Below, one piece after another: positions 40,959 to 51,727 of a stretch of 64,000 bases of DNA. This DNA comes from Anthoceros angustus (lineage: Eukaryota > Plantae > Anthocerotophyta). The notes below the pieces were generated by a model. That model did not search any database, was not told the DNA's origin, and was given only the letters and a program-made list of their open reading frames with translations. Position numbers and translations under genes: made by a program. The DNA lies in the NCBI GenBank assembly GCA_010909165.1, contig MU008158.1:2815478-2879477 (forward strand), read 5' to 3'. Within the stretch, counting starts at the first letter, position 1. Every line of letters starts with the position of its first letter.

Positions 40959-43143
40959 TCCAAATGGCTTAGGCCAAATGGACACACATCTATAAGAACG
41001 TGGTTATTAAGCATCCTGAGCTTGGATAGGTACTTAGATGGGGTGGATCGGTACTTAGATGGGGTGCCTATAGGGAAAGGATGCCCTTGGTGCAAGTAGC
41101 TTAGGCATACCATGATACAAGTTGTTAAGTACCAAGTCCCATGACGGAAATCGTCCTTAGTGGACTTAAATAAAATTCTTCTTCTTCTTCTATAGAAATC
41201 AATTTTTTCTCCCTTACTTTTATAATTTCCATTTGATCTTCTATTTATAGACAATCTGTGGATAATTTCGAACTATTAGCAGATTATCGGAGATGCTAAT
41301 AAACACATAGTCGTAACAAACGTTAGCAAACGCTAGTTGTTACTAACGATAGCTAACGTGCTAACGCTAATTGTTTCTAACAATAGCTAACGGATACACA
41401 GTCATAACGGATGCTAACAGACACATAGTTGTAACGGATGCTAACAGACACATAGTCGTAACAGATGCTAACGGACAAATAGTCGTAGCGGATGCTAACG
41501 AACACATAGTTGTAACGGATGCTGACGGACACATATTCGTAGCGGATGCTAACGGACACATAGTTGTAACGGATGCTGACGAACATATAGTTGTAACGGA
41601 TGCTAACGGACACATAGTCATAACGGATGCCAACCGACTCATGGTCTTATCTTCCTGAGATCCATCTTTTCCTAACTTATTTGGCTTGTATATTGATGAG
41701 CTGGAATCTTCGATTGCGGAGTCTACGATCGTTGTTGCGTCCTCTCCTTCACATATATTGCTATAGTTTGGTACGCAGATGCCCTTGTATTTTTGTTTCA
41801 CTCTCCTAAGGGCCTTCAAGGACAACATGATGTATTGTTTCGCTTGGTGAGGCTAGTGACTTGGAAGTGAACTTGAAAACGATGCAAGGTGATGTTCTTC
41901 AGCAGGAAAGAACATGTTGATCACAATTTGGAATCCTTCTGTAATGGTTAGACCGTCTTATGGCTACATGGGTGGAACTCTGTATGGCTCTAGATTTCAA
42001 TGGAAGCTCTCTGCTACTACTCGCATTGTCAAGGGTATGGCATCAGCGTGCGGCGTTCGGAGGCAATGCTTTGGGATGCACATCGAGAACATGGATGTCC
42101 ATCATTGCATGGTTGTTCAACATAGTTGTTTTTCCCTTCGTTATGTATCATTGATGTCGAGTTTTGGAGCCTCTATCTTTTGCAGGATGACCGCAGCAAG
42201 GTGAAACAAGTTTTGACATCCTTTCATCGACCGCATATCGTCTGTAAGAAGTCTGTCCCCCTGGCCATCTTCCTTGCATAGTTTGCCACTTTCCTGTTTA
42301 AGCTTGAAGGTTTGTTTCATCTAACTAGCTTCCTGTACCGCCTTTATTCAATTCAACTCCCTGCTTTATAGTCCTCTCGGAAGTTAGCCTCTATAGGTAG
42401 CAAGACTAGCTGATATGCCCAGCCTTCTGCTTGGCTCGAGAAGCTTGGCTTCTATTCACGGACCCTCCCTTCCAATTTTTTCCTCTTGCTTCCAATAGGT
42501 CAATTCACATGGAATTGCAATCCACCTATCTCTCCTACACCTGGTCTCCTGTCTCTAGATCTTTATCCACTAAACTCTAGACTTATACGCAATCTTTCCA
42601 TCTTCTGTCCAAGTCTGGGAAAACCTTGCTTTTAGACTGCATGCCGTGATGGCCGAGTTGAAGTGAGGGAGGGGAGCGCTCGGTCACAAGTAACAGTGCA
42701 TAAATTGGCATGGGTTAAAAGCATCTATTGGAATCTTCTAGGTAGAGGTCGGATTTTGAGGTATTTTTTGATTTTTGATTTTTCGAAAAACGGATATTGA
42801 AGAAATATGGGTCTAAAGGTATGGAGTGATATGTATCATCACAGACTCGTTTTGAGTAGACTTGTCATTTTGAGGTTAATATTCTATTTCTTCTTCTTCT
42901 TAACGGATGATTTCATCGTATACTTGTGTCCAAATGGCTTAGGCCAAATGGACACACATTTATAAGAACGCCGTGATTAAGCATCCTGAGCTTAGATCGG
43001 TACTTAGATGGGGTGCCTAAAGGGAGTGGATGCCCTTGGTGCAAGTAGCTTAGGCACACCATGGTACAAGTTGTCAAGTACCAAGTCCCATGACGGAAAT
43101 CCGTCCTTAGTGGACTCAAATAAAATTCTTCTTCTTCTTCTAT
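40959..43143. mobile_element. Unclassified ~2.2-kb element bounded by ~215-235-bp direct repeats
   Basis: Direct repeats at 40959-41193 and 42929-43143, each starting with a hairpin and ending aataaaattcttcttcttcttctat. No TG..CA, PBS or PPT seen. Interior has a 27-bp array and a decayed minus-strand ORF. Confidence 0.65.
41383..41635. repeat. 27-bp minisatellite, about 9 copies
   Basis: Unit ggatgctaacggacacatagttgtaac; one further degenerate copy near 41290. Confidence 0.93.
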
Positions 43144-43354
43144 CGATGCCAATGGGCGATTTCATCGTACACATGGTTGTTGGAATTTTATCATCATTAT
43201 TTGATGTGAAGTAATAAAGTGTTATAATTATAAAAAAATTATTAAATTAGTAAATTAATTTTAATATATGAGATGTATGCACAAGGTTATAAAGAATAAT
43301 TTCAATAAGAATTTAGTTGAGTGAAATTTGGAAAGGCTTGCTTCATGGCATCAA

Positions 43355-43438
43355 GGGGTGGTGGCGCAGTTGGCTAGCGCGTAGGTCTCATAGCTAAGAG
43401 AAATCCTGAGGTCGAGAGTTCGAGCCTCTCTCACCCCA
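43355..43438 (+). tRNA. Elongator tRNA-Met(CAT) with 10-nt intron (43393-43402)
   Basis: GGGGTGGTGGCGCAGTTGGCTAGCGCGTAGGTCTCATA[gctaagagaa]ATCCTGAGGTCGAGAGTTCGAGCCTCTCTCACCCCA matches plant tRNA-Met(e); upstream CAA and downstream T5 terminator at ~43452. Confidence 0.97.
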
Positions 43439-43849
43439 TAACTTTGGTAAATTTTTCCCCTTCAAAAATTTCTACAGAACTGGATGAACGGGTGAACTTC
43501 CACCCGCAACAGCCGGTACTATGGTACCCGAAAACAAAAACCCTTTAAAACGAATGAAATGTGCTTATATTATTCTATGCTTGGAGGGCTTGCCGCTTCC
43601 AAACCTGTGTGGGTACGTAACGGCCACCTTTTTCAAACACCCGTCCAACGGTAACAGAGTTTGAGCTCAGGGGATGTGACGCACACAGATAGCCGTCGCA
43701 CACCGGAGCAAGGCGTCTCGGACTCGGTCCCTTTGGCTTCCAAGGCAGCTTCTTCATGGGCATGTCCGTAAGCAGAAGGGAGATTATGATGCGGCTGCCG
43801 TGGAGTTCTGAGGAACACGGCAACACGGCAGGTTTCTGGTCACTTTAGA

Positions 43850-46151
43850 ATGGTTTCGTTCAGAGCAAGTGGTCTCAGGCTGCGGTCTCTGTTAGTCGGT
43901 GAGAACGAAACATCCTCATGGGGTGAGCAAATTAGTGTGCAGCATTCCTCCGGTATGGTTCGCCCTTCCATCGTCACTTGTCTGTCTGCTTCCAGGCTTT
44001 GTTTGGACGGCATGTAGGTTGGCAATGTTCTCCTATCTCACCAGGTATGCCCTGTTACGCCATTCAACGCAGATGAACACCATCAGCACCCTGTAACATC
44101 ACCGGTGGGAATTGTCATTGCTCTTGGATTTACCATCGGCGTGGTTATCTGCGTGTATGTCCTGATTCGGCGAAAGAAAGGCAAGCGCGCTACAGAGCTG
44201 CCCTTGAAAGACTTCTCTGTTCACCAGGGCTTGCTGGGTCCTTTGATTCATGAACAGGCTACACCGCTTGATGGTGAGTTCTTCGTCTCAGCCTCCTCAG
44301 GCCACAATGTGCTGTATGTCTTCCTTATCACTTGAGCAACAGACAAGGCTGCTGTGTGAATTTTTGCAGGCAAGCAGCTTGTGTCTGATATCACCTTCAA
44401 TTTTGAGTCTCTGAGATGGGTTCCCAAGCATATAGAATTCACGTTGCCGCAGCTCAGTATTGCTACCAACAACTTCGATGAAGCAAATGTGCTGGGAGAG
44501 GGAGGGTTCGGGAAGGTGTACATGGGAATTCTGCCTATCCCGCCTTATACCAGGATTGCTATCAAGGTCTTACGGTCTGGGAGCACGCAGGGCTTGAAAG
44601 AGTTCATCACAGAGGTCGAGGTGTTGAGCAGACTTGATCACGAAAATCTGGTAGGCTTTTGCACAAGTTTTCCCCTGATGATCTGCTTCCAAGTTGAGCA
44701 TGAATCCTGATTGAGCTGCTGTACTTGGCAGGTGCGACTTTTAGGACACTGTGTGACTGACGAAGAGAGGATCCTTGTCTATCGGCATGTTGCCAACGGC
44801 AGTCTGGCTAATCATCTACACAGTAAGTAGCTGGGTGTAGCTTTAAGCTTTGATAAGTTGAGAGTTGGCTACTGGAGCTTGTCTGCTAAGAAGGGTACTT
44901 GCAACTGAAGAGGGAGCATCAGAAGGTTCCCCACTGTCATGGGGGATGAGGGTGAAAATCGCTCTAGGGGCTGGTCTTGGTGTATACCATCTGCACCAAC
45001 AGCATCCTAGGATTCTGCATCGTGACATTAAGGCTGCCAACATCTTACTCACCCGGAGCTTCAATGCTAAGGCAAATTTCCTTCCCTTCGGTGCATGCTA
45101 CAGTGCCTTGCTGCTGTTTGTAGGGTGTAGTAGGTTTGACTGAGATGGTCTGTAATGCTGTCATCCTTTCAGGTTTGTGATTTTGGATTTGCGAAACAAG
45201 TATGCGCAACCCCCCTTCATCCCAGCAGCCTCAGTCAGACACTGAAAGCGCAGTGCTGCACCCCCTCAAGGTCATGTGCAATGGGCACATTGGGATATGT
45301 TGCACCAGAAACGTTTGCTACTGGGGAATTTTCAGCTGCCAGCGATGTCTACAGCTTCGGGGTGGTACTACTGGAACTCCTTTCTGGAAGAAAACCGGTG
45401 GATATAACACGCCCTGACAAGGAAAAAAGTGTGGTTAGCTGGGTGAGCAGTGCTGACTTGCCCTCAAGGGCGTGGGATGGGGAGGAATATCTCCTGGATT
45501 GTTTTTCTCGTGAATCGCAACCATGGCTCACTTGTGCGTTGGGACGGTTGCAGGCAAGGAACGCAGCCAAGGATGGCAAGCTGGACATGCTGCTGGATCC
45601 AAGCATGCCAAACTCGTCTGCCATCACACAAGAGTCAGTAACCGAATTCGCCAGAATGGCAGTGGCTTGTGTTAGCATGGAACCCTCGGCAAGGCCAAGC
45701 ATGGGTGACGTAGTGGAGTTGCTACAGAACTTACAGGCCGGTACGTTTTATGTGATGCTTGTCACCCCACCCGGTAATTTATGCTTCTGCAGGTTGGTTG
45801 GGCGAGTCTGCTCATGCTGGCAGATTGTGGGACTATCTTTCAGAGCATAGGGGGCGTCAGTTGCAACAAGAAAACGCATGGGGGCCTGAGCAAGAAAGCT
45901 CAGAATGTCACCCAAGCTCCTCCTCGTCATCAGGCGACAGCTCCAAGGTTTTCTACGATCTTACTTCTTCAAACTTCGCCTCTCCGGCTCCGGATTTCAG
46001 CGTCGATGAGCCAACCACAGATGAGGAGGTGCAGTCAGGCCTGAGTGTGGCGGAAGAAGACTGTGCAAGTAATTTTAAAGCTTTCTCTTGGCTGAACGAC
46101 ACTCTGTCAAGCGTTGCTTTAACCACCATAGGCTTGAGGATGAGGGGATAA
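43850..46151 (+). CDS. RLK/Pelle-family Ser/Thr kinase with a single TM helix and very short ectodomain; multi-exon
   Basis: [26 protein letters not shown]; [76 protein letters not shown]. The first exon (43850-43921) is inferred from splice phase. Confidence 0.88.
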
Positions 46152-46556
46152 ATGGCATACACAACTCCGGCAAATCTATCATCAGGAAGAGATGCGTCTT
46201 CCAAGCGGGTGTCTTTGCAGACACTGCGGATGTATTGTAGTATTACGAAGGGGGGATTCTTAGCTCTCGCTCTCGAGACCTGAGGCTCCCATGTAAAATT
46301 TATATGCCTACCTAATTGGTGCGGGAAATTGGTAACAAGTGAAGGGAAGTGGTCACGCTGCAATCTGCGTTTGATGCGTGTGCGTGTTCGCGGCAAAGTG
46401 TCCGTTTGTATGCAGCCGTTCCGGGTCTTGTCTCGCGTAAAGGGTTAACGAGAACCGACCGCACTACAGACAAATGTTTGATATTTTCGCGTTCGCAGAA
46501 CTTCGTCTTACGAACATGTAAACCTAGCCTCTAAGTTCGTGTGCCCCTCGCAGAAA

Positions 46557-47535
46557 ATGCTTAGGTTCAGGCTGCGGGCGATCCTGCAGGCCAGGCCGGG
46601 AATTCACAAAGCTTTCGTCACTGGTCGATCGCCGCACGGCGTCCCTGCCAATTCCTGGCCCACTGCAGAGCTGCCGGGGCAATGCTCTTTGTCTGAGGGT
46701 TATGGCAGAGGGTGCTCCAGCCAGGCTGGAGCTTCTGCAGGTTTCTCTCCTGCCCTTCTCCCTTGTTGTGAACAAGCATGTTCGTTTCTCAACCTACGGC
46801 ATTTTGGCCCCCAGGTAGCAGCTCTCCAGCGGAGGTAGGCAGCAGTGGTGCGGAGCAGCTGCAGCCAGCTACTGCGAGCCTGAAGGTGACGAAGACTGGA
46901 ACGTATGATTTGGACTACAACAATGACCGTGGCATGATACCAGTGGAGGGGAGCACCACTCACCTGTATGATGCAAGAGGGCTTGTGGAGAAGTGGCTTG
47001 GTCACCCCACGTTCTGGGGCATGATTTCAGGTGGGTAGCTTACCAGCAGGTTGAATTAGGGTTTCAGCGCCTTCCGGCCTGCCAGCATTGTTGAGCTACA
47101 TTGGCAGCAGCTGCTGGCTGGAATGTGCAGAGGATGCTATTGCCAAGACCGAGGCCTCCAGGGACGAGCCTCCCGGGGAGGGCCCGATTTTGCGTTGGCA
47201 GACCAGGGTTGTGCTGGGACCTGGTGGAGACGGATTCCACCCTGCCAATCGTAAAGTTAGCGTAGCTGTTTACGTGAAGGAGCTGGGGATTTCCCGGCTT
47301 GCTAAGGCCCGGCTTTTGGCTCTTGTGGGGAAGAGGTACAATCCTGGCAAGGATGAGCTCACCATCACCAGCGAAAGGTACGTCGACACTCTCCCTTCCC
47401 CTTCGCTGCATTTTGAGGCAGGGCTTGGGCATGGATTGATGTTTGTGAAACTCCAGGTACGAAGATCGGGAGGAGAATCGCAAGGATGTTCTGAAGACGC
47501 TGATTGCTCTCATTCACGAGGCCAAGGCAGGCTAG
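46557..47535 (+). CDS. Mitochondrial small-subunit ribosomal protein mS35 (S24/S35 family); multi-exon
   Basis: Arg-rich presequence MLRFRLRAILQARPG; HPANRKVSVAVYVKELG...RLLALVGKRYNPGKDELTITSER-YEDREENRKDVLKTL. Confidence 0.85.
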
Positions 47536-48131
47536 TGTGGGGGTTCTTCAGTGCTAGGGTACGTAATAAAGCGCTAGGTTACGTGGAGTGCTTAGTTGGA
47601 CAAATCTTTTATTTTTATGTTCGTGTCGGCAGGAGCTGTGCCCAGGCGGGAAAGTCCGGCCAGGGCGGGCCCCGGTTTGGTCAGAACTTCGCGGTTGCCT
47701 CGTTACGGCACGTTCGCCTTCCTGTCCACAGTCCGTGCAGCGCCTGTGGGTTCTGCAACAAGCCCAGGGGACCCAACACCGCGTGCCTTTTTCCGCCACC
47801 AGCTGGCGCTCCTCTCAAGTTCCAAGCTGCGGCCTCCGCTGCCGCTCACGCGTCCATGCTCCGGGGGCGGGGCCCGGCGCCGGTCCCCGAATGAGCATCA
47901 CACGACGGTTATACCTTCTCCTTCTCCTCCCCTGGCGGCCGGTCCCTGAAGCGCACGTTTTCTAGTGACTGGCTGCTCTGCGCTGCGCTGCCCCGGTCTT
48001 GCGATGCCAGGCTCTGCTCTGCAGTCCTGAGGAGCGCCGGACCGTCCTTAGACAAGCTCGTATTTCTGAGGAACTCATGACTAACCTTGCCGAACATTTG
48101 AGGACTCACTCACACTGGAGCGCAAGCTGGC

Positions 48132-50362
48132 ATGGATTTTCTGTATGCCGCCAGCAGCAACTCCAGTGAGGCTGGATCTTCCTGCGATGCGCACTCTTCA
48201 CTAGGCTCTATCTTCTCGTCCCTGGACTCGAGTGAGGACTCTGTCCTTCTGGTGGAGAGCAGCGATGGTGAGGCGGGAACAGCTGGTGTATTCAGCGATT
48301 TGGAAGCTGGCGACAGTGTGGTTCGAGTGACTAATCTGGTCGGTGGATGTAGTCTTGATTATGGCGCCAGCGATACAATGCTTGGCCAAGAAACTGGTGT
48401 TTGTGCACCAGAGAATGCTGCAGAGCCAGATTCAGGTCCTCCTATTCCCCCCGATAGGATAACAGACGCGCCGTGCACTTCGATGCCACAGGATAAGGCC
48501 AAGTCTATACGCAGTGGCGCCATCTCTGGCAGGAGAAAGGTGTTTGTGCTCAGCCTCGATGGTGGCGGGATACGTGGTGTTATTGCTGCCCGCGTCCTGT
48601 CCAACTTAGAGTCTGTGCTTCAGGTTTTCCTCTCAACCTTGTGTCAACATCGTCGCACCTCCTTTCTCCGTGCTTCAGGTTAGTTCTCAACCTTGTATGT
48701 ACATCGTCTGACGGCCTCGTGGATCTTGATACCGTGTTTTTGCAGGAAAAAACTGGTGAAAAAGTACACCTTTGCGACTACTTCGATCTCATAGCGGGAA
48801 CCAGCACCGGAGCAATATTGACTGCAATGATTGCTACTCCTGATGAAGCTGGGAAGCCGTTGTTCACCGCTAAAGGATGTTGTGACTTCTATGCAAAGTA
48901 TGGAAAGCAAATATTTAAGAAGCGTCTGCTGGACCCTGTTTTTGGATCTTTGAGGAAGCTCTACCAGCCAAGATATTCACCTAGGGGGTGGGAGAAACTG
49001 CTGAAACATTATCTTGTGAGGAATGGCATCGCCCTCACACTGAGGGATGTGCTAAAGCCCATTCTTATTGCTTGTTTTGACATCTCTCAAGCCGTACCTT
49101 TCTTCTTCGCACGTAGTGCGGCCCTGAAAGATGAAAGCAGAAACTTTAGGTATAGCCTGAACCAGCAGCACAGTGACATTCTCGGGCATACATATGTTTG
49201 AGTTCGTCCGAGGAGGTCTGTTCTATCTTTCGTGATTTTCCAATGATGCAGATTGTGGGAGGCTATCCGAGCGACCACCGCAGCCCCAACTCTGTTTCCA
49301 CCCGCAGAGATCACGTCGGTTGACGGCAAGCAGTCAGCTACTCTGGTGGATGGCTGCATTATTCAAAACAATCCGGTGAGGACTCCAGTCTGTGGACAAC
49401 AGAATCTCGTCCCTCATTTTTTTCCTTCATCTAAGCTTCGCCACTTGTTGCAGGCACTGTTCGCATTGACTCATGTGCTGGGAAACAACGAAGAGTTCCC
49501 CGAGGCAGTTTCTTTGCAGGATGTGATGGTGAGTTTCCATTTCTCCATCCTTCTGTTCAGGCTTCTTTCCACGAAAGCATGACCTTTCACATATACAAGT
49601 GTCGATATGGAATTCTGCCAAGACAGATTTTGTCACTGGGAGCTGGACAGGTGGATGAAAGCCAGGAGCTCCGTCATGCCAAGAAATGGGGTATGACAGG
49701 CTGGGTACGCCCCCTTCTAAACATCATGATGGCCGGAACTTCAGGTGAGTGTGCTCCTCTCAATTAGCCTTTCCACACCGTAGCGATCTATGAAACAGCA
49801 TAGTGAAATTCGTATGACTCATTTCCCGCTACATCATGCTTGCAGACACTGTCGACTACCAGCTCGCAGCAGCCTATGCCGGGCATAATTGCTCCCCGAA
49901 CTACCTTCGAATTCAGGTAGTTTCCTGCTGTCACTGTGGAGCATTTCCTTTATGCTTTGCTGAGTGGTCTCGCTTTGCGGGATCTGGTGTGTTCAGCTTT
50001 TAGGTCTGCAGAAGGAGAAAAGTGCGGTGGATTGCACAAGCAAGAAGAATATTGAGGAGCTAATGAGGGCTTCCGATGACTTACTTCTGCAGCAGGCAGT
50101 GATGTTCAACGCCCACGGAGAAAGAGTGAGAATAGTTGAAACATACTCTGACCGACTTTCATGGTTTGCTGATCAGTTAATCGCTGAGAAAAAGTACAGA
50201 GACGAACCAGAGCACCTCAGAATGTTCCATCACCAAAAGGCTGCTGGAGTTCCTTCTAGCCTTGGACCAGCTGCACGTATGTTGTCACCTCTATTCAGCC
50301 ATTTAGCAGCCCACGAAAAAGAGTGGGGTTGCAGCGGCAAGTCGGCATCATTTCGAATGTAA
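48132..50362 (+). CDS. Patatin-like phospholipase; multi-exon
   Basis: VLSLDGGGIRG, DYFDLIAGTSTG (catalytic Ser), RATTAAPTLFPP, LVDGCIIQNNP (catalytic Asp), ILSLGAG, NYLRIQ. Confidence 0.92.
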
Positions 50363-50574
50363 GAAGCAGACGGCATATTTATTTGGTGAACCTCGTCCCC
50401 TGCACAGCATTCTGGACCCATCCATTGTCCGATCGTAGGCAAGCGGAAAAAAAGTGAAGGCGAATCCGCAACCAGCTGAGGCCCATTTCGCATATTATGA
50501 AACTCCCAAAGTGACCACGAAGGGTTGAGCGGGCCATAGGCGTTTACGAATCGGGTTGCGTGGGCACATCCTAC

Positions 50575-51351
50575 CTAACCGTTCAAAGCAACATCAGTCT
50601 TGCCGGACAAATAATGATTCAGCATGTCATCCTCATCCAAATCCTCATCGCCAAAATCGTCCTCAAAATCATCAATCTCAATCTCATCCTCGTCCTCATC
50701 ATCAACTGTATCCAGCATGGGCTTTCCACCCTTGCCTGCCAGAGCCCTACCCGACTCAAACCAGATACGTCCTGTGATCCTCTTTTCCCTGGCAGCCACC
50801 AGAGCTGCTTCCGGAAGCAACTTGGCTCGCTCGAGGGCCTGTTCCGCCTCAAATCGCTCTCGCCAAGCTAGGAAAGTGTCCACAGTAACCAACTCCCCGT
50901 GGGGTTCGATCACCTCATCCTTTTTGCTATCCTGATCCTCCTCCACGGCGTCCACATCAGGCCCCTCGGTGCCGTAATGTTCCCTCAGCCACTCTTTGGC
51001 TGTGGTGACAAGCGTGTAGATCATGGCCATGCCAAGATTGCCTGCTATCTCGCGCGCCACCACCTCCTTCAGCAGCTTGAGATCATTAGCCTTGATGCCC
51101 TGCAAGCTCCTCACGTCAAAGAGCGGCGGCTCATCAGGATACCTGGGCGTGTGCGCAAACAAAAGAGCTAATCGAACAGGAATGTCTGCCAAGTCTTCCT
51201 CGTCGTCCCCGGTGGGTGCAATGGTGATCTGAAAGCAGCGGCTGGCCGTCCCAAGTCCACCCTGCCCACTCTCCAATTCCACCATGTCGTCCATCAATAT
51301 CGCTTGCAGAGCCTCCAATTCCATCTCCTGCTCCTGCTCCTGCTCGCTCAT
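50575..51351 (-). CDS. RWD domain protein (RWDD1/GIR2/DFRP2-like), intronless
   Basis: EQEMELEALQAIL, YPDEPP, NLGMAMIYTLVTTAKEWL, HGELVTVDTFLAWRERFEAE, ITGRIWFE, acidic tail. Confidence 0.9.
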   Translation of the reverse strand: MSEQEQEQEMELEALQAILMDDMVELESGQGGLGTASRCFQITIAPTGDDEEDLADIPVRLALLFAHTPRYPDEPPLFDVRSLQGIKANDLKLLKEVVAREIAGNLGMAMIYTLVTTAKEWLREHYGTEGPDVDAVEEDQDSKKDEVIEPHGELVTVDTFLAWRERFEAEQALERAKLLPEAALVAAREKRITGRIWFESGRALAGKGGKPMLDTVDDEDEDEIEIDDFEDDFGDEDLDEDDMLNHYLSGKTDVALNG

Positions 51352-51727
51352 CGTGACTGATGTTCTCACCCCTTGCTCCCAGCACCTCGCGACCAGGTCG
51401 CGACTTACACGTTAGGTCGGAATAAGATCCTAAAGCTACCCGGCGAGCTCAACGGCTCAACCGCTCAACCCCGGTTATTCCCATATATACGATGCAATTT
51501 TGGACCTGAAATACATACCTATGGACAGTATTTGTATTTGTAACTATACATAACTGCGGTACGCTGTACGCTGCCGCTGAAGGCCAACCTCGCCTGCCTC
51601 TCATACAAATTCTTCATGCCAGGTGCATAGCAGTAGGTGCTGCCATTGCCACCATGGCTGTTTGGGGCGTTGCAATTGAGTCAGGCAGACAAGACCCGTC
51701 GCGGCCACAGTTTTCGTGGACTGCAGA

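Noticed and set aside
40959-41193. Hammerhead ribozyme (retrozyme or Penelope-type) in the repeat module
   Set aside because: No CUGANGA...GAAA core was found on either strand by eye.
41289-41660. 27-bp array as a CRISPR array or a repeat-protein gene (ORFs 41371-41658, 41377-41613)
   Set aside because: Units are contiguous with no unique spacers and there are no cas genes. The open frames arise simply because the unit length is a multiple of three.
47088-47965. 268-aa ORF as a single protein
   Set aside because: It reads through an mS35 intron into GC-rich intergenic DNA; the spliced mS35 stops at 47535.
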